DNA of 22,646 nt from Selaginella moellendorffii (lineage: Eukaryota; Plantae; Lycopodiophyta). The notes beneath the pieces were generated by a model. It was not told where the DNA came from, ran no database searches, and saw only the letters and a list, made by a program, of their open reading frames with translations. The position numbers and the translations under genes are program-made. Below are positions 1 to 9,800 of the stretch, one piece after another. Each line of letters begins with the position of its first letter. Positions within the stretch are counted from its first letter, which is position 1. The stretch covers positions 341,298 to 363,943 of the forward strand of contig NW_003314370.1 of the NCBI RefSeq assembly GCF_000143415.4, written 5' to 3'.

Positions 1-279
1 TTTCTTCTCCCTCGATCGATTTGCACGGGGGTTTCTTTCCCAAATTTTCCAGCTACGAGTTTCATAGCTTAAGATATGGGGCCGGCTCTAGAATAAAATG
101 CCCGCGTAGATCCCCACCCTCCGCCAGCTCGACCTCGCCGCCAACACGGGTGGAGGCCCGCTATGCCGTGACCCGTCGAGCTCCATTTTATCGAGCACGA
201 AAATGCTCTTCTCCTGCACCCACGCTCTCTCACAAAAAACAACCCTAAACTCTTTCTCTGAACACAAACTATAGCTTCT

Positions 280-1359
280 TTAGATTTTTGGATTTGGAAC
301 AAATGCTAATGTGTGTGACATGGGCCAATCTTTCGGCCATGGCTGAGCTTCATCGGTTTCTTTCATTAGAGGGCACCATTTAAACTTGACTGGCGTCACA
401 AGCTTTTCAACCTTCCACACTCCAGTCTTCAAATCAAGCACCGTTTGATTCCATGGAACATGGTGGAACTCATTATCCGAGCAAATAAACACTTTCTTTC
501 TCCTATACGGGACAATTTCAGCACAAACCCATTTTTCCTCCTCTTTTACAAACCCGTCAACACGTTTTACCAGTGATAAACGCATGGGCCCGTTCATGAA
601 TCTCACGGTGACGAGCTCTCCTCTCAACGAGACTAATCCAAAAGCACCATACTTGTAGTCCTCCAAGCTTTCCAACTTCCCCACAAGCACACATTCATCA
701 TTTTGAGGCTTGTAAACCCAGTGGCCGCTTTCCCCTAAGATGTGGCAGTGCTCAAAATCAGTCCATGCAACCCTATGTCCCCTGTATCTTCCATTCCCGA
801 CCGTTCTCCACTCGTTCTGATCATGATCATGACCACCCGCAGTATAAGCATACGCATAAATGGTACCAAAGACGACAAAAGATATGCAAAAGCTGCTGCC
901 GTCCTTGGCCGCAAGCACGGCGAAGTTCTCAGGTTCAATCCAATCCTCCGTCAAAACGTCATGGCAGTGTGGCAGCGTCACTGAGCTGGATCGTACCAAG
1001 GGATTGTTTATCACCAAAGAGACCATATCTTCCTTTGTGTAATACCTCCACAACACCCAACCATTTGAGCTAGCGACTGGAATGCTTGATAGTGAAACTG
1101 ATACCTCAGGTGGCAGAAAAAAGGTGTTGGGATCGTAGAGCTGGCCACTTTTAGGGTTGAAGCACGCCAGCCTTCGAAGTTCCACTTGAAGAAACAAGAG
1201 TGGAGAATTACACCTTTGCTTGATATCGTTGCCCTCTCTACGAACAAACCCATTCCATTCCCTGCAAACAAGGGATGCTCGAACCAGTGATTCAACATCC
1301 AGCAGCTTGGACAAGATATAAAACCAAAGAACGTCTGGTAATCCCGGGTGTGGTGGCAT
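280..1359 (-). CDS. F-box protein (N-terminal F-box, probable beta-rich substrate-binding C-terminal domain), single exon, 359 aa
   Basis: N-terminal LPDVLWFYILSKLLDVESLVRASLVCREWN matches the F-box consensus (LP...IL..L....L.R...VC+.W). ASSNGWVL...LVINNPL is typical of plant F-box-associated regions. The ORF is uninterrupted. Confidence 0.85.
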   Translation of the reverse strand: MPPHPGLPDVLWFYILSKLLDVESLVRASLVCREWNGFVRREGNDIKQRCNSPLLFLQVELRRLACFNPKSGQLYDPNTFFLPPEVSVSLSSIPVASSNGWVLWRYYTKEDMVSLVINNPLVRSSSVTLPHCHDVLTEDWIEPENFAVLAAKDGSSFCISFVVFGTIYAYAYTAGGHDHDQNEWRTVGNGRYRGHRVAWTDFEHCHILGESGHWVYKPQNDECVLVGKLESLEDYKYGAFGLVSLRGELVTVRFMNGPMRLSLVKRVDGFVKEEEKWVCAEIVPYRRKKVFICSDNEFHHVPWNQTVLDLKTGVWKVEKLVTPVKFKWCPLMKETDEAQPWPKDWPMSHTLAFVPNPKI

Positions 1360-1622
1360 CGTTCTACTAATGAGAGTGACGACAAGAGTTGATTATGTAT
1401 ACAATACAAAGAGGCCATATTTGGTTTACAAGAACCATATTTGGTGTTTGCCTTTAATTTAATAATGTTTTTGATTTTTCATGGCATTCGCACAAATGTA
1501 AGAAAAAGAGAGAGATGAAAATTCTTCCAGAATTGACTGTATAGACATAAGAAATCCCGAGACTTGGGTAGGTAGGGTAGGGCGACACTCAAAATCGAGG
1601 GCGACAGTAGAATGACTTTGTG

Positions 1623-3340
1623 ATGCGGCTTCCCAGGATCACTGCTCCGCAGGCCACAATCAGGGCGTGGCTCGGCTCTCATGGTGTGTCGCCCGCCATG
1701 GATTCCTCCGATTCCTTCTCCGCAGCCTGGAGGCCGTGCTTGCTCGCCAGGGAGGGCTTCGGCAACTCAAGGTGAAATTTTCTTCCATTTTGCACGAGTT
1801 TTTAGTTGCTTAGTATTTTTTTTTTCCCCAGTAGTGATGATTCACAGTGGAGGCCGTCACAAAGGGGACTGTACCAATCCTTCAGCTTTCCATCTTCTTC
1901 AGCGAGCGAGCAAGGATTCTGGGCTTCTTCCGGAGGCTTGTTTCGCTCTTCCAGCCGCTGTTTCAGCACGGAGCGTCCAAAGCCAAGGGTAACTTTTAAC
2001 TTATATCTCGATGTTTCTTTTTCTACGCTTCATGTCGTTTTGTTTGAAAATGTAGATATTCGGTAGCATGCCAGAGTTTGTGAAGATCGTCGAGGTCGGG
2101 CCTCGAGACGGGCTGCAAAACGAAAAGAAGATTGTTCCAACTCACATCAAAGTTGAGCTTATACGAAAGCTCTGTGCTTCCGGCCTCCAAGTCGTCGAGG
2201 CCACCAGCTTTGTCTCGCCCAAATGGGTTCCACAGGTAACAAATTTCCAGTTTGTTGCCAGTTTGTTGTAAACGACATGAAAAATTCCTTTTGTTGTAGC
2301 TCTCGGATGCCAAGGAGGTTTTGCATGCCATCAAAAGTCTCCAAGGGAGCAAGTTTCCAGTCCTCACGCCAAACGTCAAGGTACTCTTGATTTCTTTCTT
2401 TCTTTCTTTCTTTCTTTCGCTTAGAATAAGGTCTAGTAGCATCCATGCTGCTCCTCAGGGTTTTCAAGCAGCACTGGATGCTGGAGCAAGAGACGTAGCA
2501 GTTTTCGCAGCAGCCTCCGAGTCATTCTCCAAGGCAAACATAAATTGCACCATCAGCGAGAGCCTGGAGCGCTACAAACAGGTCTGTGATCTAGCAAAGC
2601 AGCACGGCATCTCTGTCCGAGGGTAAGCTAAGAGGCTCGTTTTATCTTTCACCAAAAAAACAAGAGAACGAATTCTGCTTTCATTTTTTCTCACTGCATA
2701 TCATTCCTTCTTCAAGGTACATCTCTTGTGTTGTAGGCTGCCCGATCGAAGGCCCGGTTCCTCCCCACAAAGTTGGATACGTTGCTGGCGAGCTCTACCG
2801 AATGGGTTGCAACGAAATCTCTCTGGGTGATACGATTGGCGTTGGAACCCCTGGTAAGGAAAAATCACTCTTTTATTATCTAAAGCTTGGAACGATTGGC
2901 AGGAACTTTGGTGCCGATGCTCGAGGCAGTAATGTCCGTCGTTCCAGTGGAGAATCTAGCCGTACACATGCACGACACATATGGTCAAGCCTTGTCCAAT
3001 ATCCTCGTAGCTTTACAAGTGAGTGATCAATTTACTCTTCGTTTTTTCTCGTTTCTTCTAGGGAATGAGCTCTGTGGATTTGTTTTAGATGGGAGTGAGC
3101 ACCGTGGATTCGTCCGTGTCAGGGCTCGGTGGCTGCCCCTACGCGAAAGGCGCCTCTGGGAACGTAGCGACGGAGGACGTGATCTATCTTCTAAACGGGC
3201 TGGGCGTCTCCACAAACGTGGACTTGAGCTTGGTTCTCGCTGCTGGAGAGTTTATCTCGCAGCACCTGGGGCGCCAGTCGGGCTCCAAGACCGCTGTGGC
3301 TCTAGGCAAGTCTAGCAGATGCGAGCACTCCAAGATCTAA
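1623..3340 (+). CDS. HMGCL: 3-hydroxy-3-methylglutaryl-CoA lyase; predicted exons 1623-1771, 1832-1988, 2056-2235, 2300-2380, 2459-2622, 2717-2853, 2903-3018, 3089-3340
   Basis: Motifs [42 protein letters not shown], metal-binding HMHDTYGQA and [19 protein letters not shown] are joined in frame by GT-AG introns. The N-terminus [19 protein letters not shown] resembles a transit peptide and the C-terminal SKI is PTS1-like. Exons 1-2 and the start codon are less certain than exons 3-8. Confidence 0.93.
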
Positions 3341-3422
3341 CCATTTGAGAACATGTACAGAATATAATTATTGAAGATCGTCTCACCTGAGATGAAAGAA
3401 AATATTACTATATGGGCACACC

Positions 3423-3444
3423 ATATATAGAGAGAGAGAGAGAG
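3423..3444 (+). promoter_or_regulatory. Putative TATA box (atatata) followed by (AG)8 upstream of CRP-A1
   Basis: TATATA lies ~60 nt upstream of the ATG at 3489 and is followed by a GA microsatellite. An AATAAA at 3797-3802 lies downstream of the stop codon. Confidence 0.45.
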
Positions 3445-3488
3445 CCCATCTTGTAGGCATTCTTCGCTTGGTTTTCTTGCTCTTGACA

Positions 3489-3746
3489 ATGAAGTTGTTT
3501 CTTTTAATGCTGGCAGCGATCTTTCTTGCGGCAGCCATGGTGATTGAGGGAGCGCATGAGGAAGCCAAATGTCACAGGAGGTATACTTGCTTTTTTGGTG
3601 GCCTGAAGTGCAAGGACTACTGTAAGCTTTGCCACTTTGTGAGGCACGGCGAGCACTGCGAGAGGTGCCACTCTGGAAGCTGCTCCTATGGTCGATGCAC
3701 TTGCAAGGGACCTTGCAGCAGCTCCAATTGCCCCGTCTATGCTTGA
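3489..3746 (+). CDS. Secreted cysteine-rich defensin-like peptide CRP-A1 (85 aa, 12 Cys, cationic and His-rich)
   Basis: Hydrophobic signal peptide MKLFLLMLAAIFLAAAMVIEGA. The mature part has C-x5-C-x6-C-x3-C-x2-C-x8-C-x2-C-x4-C-x4-C-x-C-x3-C-x4-C, including the CxxxC, GxC and CxC elements of the CS-alpha/beta fold. The frame is conserved in the duplicate. Confidence 0.85.
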   Translation: MKLFLLMLAAIFLAAAMVIEGAHEEAKCHRRYTCFFGGLKCKDYCKLCHFVRHGEHCERCHSGSCSYGRCTCKGPCSSSNCPVYA

Positions 3747-4001
3747 TAGATCCATCCATCGATCGGAGCTTCGATCGTGCCTGTAAACTCATCATCAATA
3801 AAAACAGTTCACTCGTAAGTCTTTCAGGGACGTTTTGTTCCTTCTAGAGAATATAACGCTTGCAAAGACGACAATTAGTCCTTTTATTAATCTAGATTAC
3901 TCCTCTCTAAAAGCAGGATGATATCTAAGCTCGCTTTATTATACCATTTTAATCTAAGACCACTCGCAGCATTTTTGGTATTTTGTTAACGTGTTACTTA
4001 C

Positions 4002-4008
4002 TATAAAA
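4002..4008 (+). promoter_or_regulatory. Putative TATA box of CRP-B1 (TATAAAA)
   Basis: Canonical TATAAAA 39 nt upstream of ATG 4041, conserved in copy 2 at 12530-12536. Confidence 0.45.
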
Positions 4009-4040
4009 TGATAGAATTATTAGTAGCCAGCAATCTCTGG

Positions 4041-4262
4041 ATGAAGAAAGGAATTGTTATAACTTTGTGTCTGATGCTAGCAATGGCAGTCAACGCTCAA
4101 GACTGTTATAATTTTTATTCCTGCCCACAGGACCCTGCAATTAAATCACACTGCCACACATTTTGCAAGATGTGCCACTTTAATTGTGAGATATGTAACA
4201 GTGGCTCTTGCAATGATACCAAGATATGCATTTGTGATGATTGTCTAGTTGTTAAGTGTTAA
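4041..4262 (+). CDS. Secreted cysteine-rich defensin-like peptide CRP-B1 (73 aa, 12 mature Cys; 15-nt in-frame deletion relative to CRP-B2)
   Basis: Signal peptide MKKGIVITLCLMLAMAVNA, followed by the same 12-Cys scaffold as CRP-A with shared CKxCHF, CExC, SGSC and CxC. An in-frame upstream ATG exists at 4008, but it overlaps the TATA box. Confidence 0.85.
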   Translation: MKKGIVITLCLMLAMAVNAQDCYNFYSCPQDPAIKSHCHTFCKMCHFNCEICNSGSCNDTKICICDDCLVVKC

Positions 4263-4500
4263 AATAATACTGGAGTAAATATTAATATTGGTGTTTTGTG
4301 TGGATTGGCTATCTAAATCTATAATACAAATTGAGAAGCTTTGTTGAATTATTAAAATAGGATCTCTTCTGATAGTTGAACCAAAAGAAAAACAGACTAA
4401 AAATCTATAAATGATAAAACTCTTCATAAATTATAATAGTAGTTTAATTAAATTTACATTAAAACTAAATATATAAAAAGAAATTCCAAAAGGTAAAGAT

Positions 4501-4507
4501 TATATAT

Positions 4508-4576
<69 letters not shown>
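4501..4576. repeat. (TA)n microsatellite, ~76 nt with one interruption
   Basis: Read directly. The equivalent position in copy 2 (13078-13085) is only TATATATA. Confidence 0.98.
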
Positions 4577-4579
<3 letters not shown>

Positions 4580-4859
4580 TACTTGCCCAGCAAATGATGT
4601 GGTGTTGCTCATGCACCACGAGCAAGCAGTGGAGCCCTAGGAGTGCATGGTGTCACCACGCCCTCTTCTCTTCCTGGCCACACGGGCATTTTGCCCATTG
4701 GCTACCACAACATTGAGCCAATATTTCAGCTAACCATAGCCATTGACCCTGGCCTCGGCCTGGGGTGGCCTCCCCTTCCCAAGAACCATGGCTTCTAAGG
4801 CTGCCCTGGGCCTGGCATGGGACGGCTGCGGGGGTCTGGGCCCTTCATTCTTATTATTA
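4577..4859 (-). mobile_element. Small (~280 bp) non-autonomous Helitron-like element, inverted and head-to-head with the large Helitron
   Basis: On the minus strand it ends ...catttgctgggcaagtactca|tata, matching the large element's 3' end ...catttgctgggcaattgctag|tata (14-bp exact core, 4583-4596 vs 11767-11780). Its body (~4644-4775) is a degenerate inverted copy of the large element's 5' region (~4881-5034). Confidence 0.55.
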
Positions 4860-5103
4860 TCTATACATATAAAGCGATAGTGGGGAGGCTTGCTGGCCGT
4901 TGGATCCCAGGCCCAGGCCAGGGTCGGTAGCCATGGTTGCACGAGAAATTTTTCTGATGTTTGCTCTTGGCCAATGTGAGGCAGCCAAGCCGCATGGGGG
5001 GGGAGAAGAAGGCACAACAACACGTGTCACATGCAAGTGTCTTTCCTATCATCATCCAAACTTCTTTTGTTGAGATCTTTTAAATTTTCCTGCACAAATC
5101 GCC

Positions 5104-5400
5104 CCGTCACTCCCGATGTGGAGCGCCCCTGCTTTAGGGAAAGGGCAAGAGAGGGATGTGGTCCAGTAAATGCCCAGTGAAGCTATGGCTCCTGGATCTC
5201 CCAGGCAGAGATCTTCTACTCAAAGATCTCCTGCTCAATCGTCACAGCAATCCCCGCAAGAACAGGCACCAGCAGTAGATCTGGAGCTACAGTCTCACCA
5301 CCGTCACTCCCGGCATGGAGGATCTCCACCACTGCTTTAGGGAAAGGGCGTAGCTCTAGAGGAAAGCGAGTAAATGGCCAGTGAAGCTGCGGCTCCCAGT
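5104..5400 (+). repeat. Degenerate direct repeat with ~200-bp period in the Helitron 5' region
   Basis: ccgtcactcccg at 5104 and 5301; ctgctttagggaaagggc at 5129 and 5332; agtaaatg(c/g)ccagtgaagct at ~5165 and ~5369. Confidence 0.8.
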
Positions 5401-5511
5401 CCCCGTGGGAACAGGTGCCAGCAGCAGATCTAGACCCACAGGCTCTAGATCCAATGGGTCCAGTGGTCCACCCAGTGGCAGCAGCAGCGCCTCCACCAGC
5501 GACGATAGACG

Positions 5512-6167
5512 TGTTGAGAAGAATGCCATGGAGGACGTTTTCTCTCTTTGTTATGGAGGGATGGACGAGGGGGGTGGTGCGATGACACTTGGTGGTTTTC
5601 AGCCTCCAAAAGACATGGTTTTTACGTTGTCTGATCCCCATCGCAGGTATTCTTTCATTCTTTTTGACTTTGTTAGAGTTGAAAGCTACAAACAACAGTA
5701 GGAAAGCATTAGTTTTCCTATCATCCCAGTTTTTTTCTTCTCCACAACAATGACGAATAGACTATATCTGAGTGGTGGTGGTGGCAGTGGTGGTGGCGGT
5801 GGTGGGGGGCGGTGGTGGCACTCTCACCACCACTCCTGTTAAGACAGGATTGTTCTCCAAGTTCGCGAGATCAGCGTCGCAAGGTCCTCCCAGGACGGGT
5901 TTCTCAGCATTGGCCTCTTTAGCAGTGCTGTTCTCTGCGGAGGAGCTGCTGTTAGTGCTGAGGTTGTCGAAGCTGGAGGCGCTGGTGTGGAGCTTTGTCT
6001 TTTTTTGCAGTCTTTATTACAACTTGATGCTCAAAGGAATTCGTGTTGGTGGTAGCCTGTTGCACTTAAAGCCTGAAGTTTTTGATGGCAAGTATGGCAC
6101 CGTTTTGGACAGCAGAACGACATACGCGTACTTCCCTGGAGCTGCGTTTCAGGCTTTTAAAAGTGCA
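5512..6167 (+). pseudogene. Helitron-captured fragment of a pepsin-like (A1) aspartic protease gene: two exons, ~5512-5646 and 6011-6167
   Basis: VEKNAMEDVFSLCYGGMDEGGGAMTLGGFQPPKDMVFTLSDPHR|SLYYNLMLKGIRVGG...FDGKYGTVLDSRTTYAYFP matches plant atypical aspartic proteases. Splice sites are GT at 5647, ttttgcAG at 6010 and GTAAGT at 6168. The second catalytic motif DSGTT reads DSRTT, and the N-terminal lobe is absent. Confidence 0.85.
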
Positions 6168-6880
6168 GTAAGTGCGAGAGAGCCACCATAGCTCCGGTGC
6201 TCATTGGCTCCAAGTGAGGCAAGATAGGCATCTGACATGTGTCACCAGTGGTGTCCTGCCCCCGTGCCTGTTCTTTTTAGCTCGCCCTGGATGCCCTGCC
6301 GCAATTGAGCTAACGCTTGCTTGCCGGATCAGTGGCAATTGCAGCAATTGCACTTCTTCCTGCAAAGGTCTGTATTCACCATCAGCCCAGCAGCCGTTAA
6401 TTTGGCCCCCAACCCCAACAATCTGGATTTTTGTGTGCTGTGAAAATTTGAGACGTCTTCATTTGGATTTGTGGATGCTATCCAGTGGCAGAGCTGAAGC
6501 CAGAGCCAGCCTTCACAGCCAGAACCATCAGAGAATTTGCAGTCCCTATCCTTTTGCGAGAGAGAACAAGCTCAAGGTGACTTCTCTAACTTGCAAACTC
6601 CACCCACCTCTCACAGTTGCCTGGAAAAGGTGTGCCAGTCCTGTGTCTAGGTTTTATTGTTTACAGATTAAGGTGTGTACAGATTGTGCTCTCATTGTAT
6701 AGTCTTCGTTTTTATTTTTTCTAAATTTTTTTTCAAGTGTAAGAATGTGAGTTCTGGCTTTTATTTAGAATCTCTGAAAATTTTAAGATAAGTGCTTTGA
6801 CGTTCTTTTTCTACTTCCTACCTTAAGTTTAAATTTACACTAGATAGGTTATTTCATCTCATTTATCATCCTTAGCAAAT

Positions 6881-9800
6881 ATGCCTCGGCTCCGCAAAGT
6901 ATTAAGAGGCATATGTCACCATTTGCCTCCAACTATTGACACTAGCACATATATTCATATTCACAACAACCTTGCATATGCTAATAAAGAAACTAATCTA
7001 AACCTTGAACAGGCTAATTCAAAAATTACTTGAAATCTTGGCAATGCTAATACAAACATAGCATATGTTGATGAAGGTCATACAAATATAAACCTTGAAA
7101 ATGCTAATGAAACTAATACATATATATGTAATTATCACAGTTATACTATATATAAATTAGCACATCAAAAGAATTATAATGACCATACAATACATATGTT
7201 TAATATTGGAAACATGTCATCTGTATGTGTCTTTTGTGGTGCATTACATTTTTAAAATGAGTTAAGATCAATGTGCTGCCAGAATGGAAAGGTTTTCCTT
7301 CCCCAACTTTCATCTTTACCTACTATATTGTGTATGTTTTTTAATGAAAATAAAAACTCCAATTTTAAAATTAACATAAGAAATTTTAACAGTGCTTTGG
7401 CTTTTGCATCAATGGGTGCTAATATTGATAATTTAAGTGGTAAAGGCCCATATTGCTTTAGAATATATGGTCAAATTTATCACAATATTGCTTCAGCATA
7501 TCCTATTGCTAACGTGCCACCATCATATGGACAACTTTACATGTTTGACGCATCTGAGGCTACAAATATTAGAAAGCAAAACGCATTCAACACAAATTGT
7601 GATTCTAATTTATTATTATAATTAGATAACTTGCTAAGAACAATAAACCAGTATACATAAGCTTTTCAAATGTTGTATAATCTTGAATCACAAGAACAAT
7701 ATCACTCAATTTGCAATGGAACTCCAAAACGTGGTGTTTACATAATTGTTAGAAGTGAAAGTACTAATCTACATTGTTATAATTTGCTACAGACTAATGA
7801 TGTTGCTATTGTTTTCACTATTGATGAGGGTGAGCCCTCTTTTGACAGAGAAATATGCATACATCCATAAAATTCACAGTCAACAAAAATCTATATTCTT
7901 AATGAAAATTGTGATCCTATGGTTTATCCTTTACTTTTACCATTTGGTGATAAAGGTTAGCATGAAAAAATCTATCACAATGAGTCACATGTAATGCTAC
8001 TCCAGTACTATGCATATCGATTATCTCAACGAGATAGCATTAGCAACTCTTTCCTTTATCATCAATTGCTACATGCTGAGAAACTCACTCAACAATTTAT
8101 AATTGATGCTTATGTAAAGGTTGAATCTAACAACCTTAATTTCTTTCACACTCATCAAAAATACTTAAAAGTGGATTACTATACAAGTCTTATAGACTAT
8201 ATTAGCAACAAAGCTGCTACTAATAATGCTGAATCTGGAAAAATTGTAATTTTGCCTTTTACATTTTTTGGTAGCCCACGAGCAATGCAACAACATTATC
8301 AAGATGCTATTACTATTGTCACATATTTTGGAAAACCTGACTTATGTATTACATTTACATGCAACCCAAAGTGGCCTGAAATTGTGCAAAATTTACAATT
8401 GAATGAATCACTTGAGGATCCACTTGATCTTATTTCAAGAGTTTTCAATTTAAAGCTTAAAGAATTATTACATGATATAAGTATCAAAGGAATTTTTGGG
8501 AAGTGCATCGTATATGTTTATGTTATTGAATTCTAGAAAAAAGGTTTACCTCATTGTTATTTCTTAGCAATGTTATCAAGCGAAGATAAGATAAAAAATC
8601 GAGACTCAATTGACGAATTTGTCATTGCACAGTTGCCACACCCACTACTAGAACTAGAATTGCGTAACATAATTATAAATCATATGATACATGGTCCATG
8701 TGGTAATTAAATTCTAGAAGCCTTTACATGGAAAATAACAAATACTTTAAGAATTATCCAAAAGAATTTAATGTTGAAATCATTTATTGTGTTGATGGTT
8801 ATCTTGATTACTACCGGCCCAATAACAGACACACTTTCATAAAAAATGGTTGTACTATTGACAATAGATGGGTTGTTCCTTATAATAAATACTTTTGTAA
8901 AAAATATCAAGCACACATCAATGTAGAAATTTGCACTTCTATTAAAAGTATTAAATATTTATTTTAATATGTATACAAAGGTTATGACTGTGCAACATTA
9001 GAATTCCTAATTGCATCTAAAGAACAAGGGACTTTAAATTGGGACGAAATCTCAAGTTTTGTTGATGCTTGATATATTTCTACTCCCGAAGCCATATGGC
9101 ATATATTTAAGTTTTGTATGCATGATAAATCACTAACTATTATACACCTTCCAGTTCATTTACTCAATTTTCAATACATTTATTTCAGACCAGGTCATGA
9201 ACAAGAAGCACTAGAAAGAGCCACTCAAAATGGAACAATGCTTACACAATGGTTCAATTTAAACATGCAAGATACTAATGCAAGGCAATATACATATGCT
9301 CAAATTCCATTACATTACACATACAACAAATCTTCTCATAAATGGCAATTACACTAACGAAAAGCTAAACTTATACCAAGAATGTATTCCATATCTCCTT
9401 CTAATAGTGAGTTGTACCACTTGTGATTTATATTACTCCATAAAAAAGGTGTTATATCATTTGAGGATATACATATTGTCGAAGGTGTTACTTTCTCCTC
9501 TTTTAAGCAAGCAACTATGGCAATGGGACTTTTAGCATATGATTCAGAATGGCAACATTGCATGCAAGAAGCTTCTACTTTTAAAATGCCATCCCAATTA
9601 AGACAATTATTTGTTTTTATTTGTTTGTATTGTTCACTAAAAGATCCAAATCTATTATGGGATCAATTCAAAATTGATATGTCTGAAGATTATACTAGAA
9701 ATGATATAAATTATTTTGACATTGCTTTAATCGATATTAACTCAAAATTCCTACTACACAATAAATTTAATTGTGATTTTGGTTTACCACTCCCAACTCT

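Larger units (their letters stand above)
3426..4508 (+). repeat. Copy 1 of a tandemly duplicated ~1.1-1.3 kb CRP-A/CRP-B cassette
   Basis: Colinear similarity to 11788-13085 runs from TATA(GA)n-cccatcttgtaggcattcttc through ...aaaaggtaaagatTATATATA. Confidence 0.95.

Noticed and set aside
1681-1992. ORF starting at 1681 as the HMG-CoA lyase N-terminus
   Set aside because: Splice phases into exons 2 and 3 work in the frame of ATG 1623/1698, not this frame.
3332-3340. C-terminal SKI plus N-terminal presequence of HMG-CoA lyase as a novelty
   Set aside because: Mitochondrial plus peroxisomal targeting signals are already known for eukaryotic HMG-CoA lyases.
3621-3671. CxxCH motifs (CKLCH, CERCH; CKMCH in CRP-B) resembling c-type heme attachment sites
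   Set aside because: The peptides have secretory signal peptides and the plant secretory pathway has no known cytochrome c maturation system. The second His is not conserved in CRP-B, and the Cys residues are better explained as disulfide partners.
3489-4262. Assignment of the 12-Cys peptides to snakin/GASA or metallothionein
   Set aside because: They lack the GASA CC doublet and spacing. The signal peptides and aromatic residues argue against metallothionein.
6172-6702. 176-aa ORF inside the Helitron between the protease fragment and RepHel
   Set aside because: It has a non-ATG start and no recognisable domain. It may be further captured sequence, but this cannot be supported.
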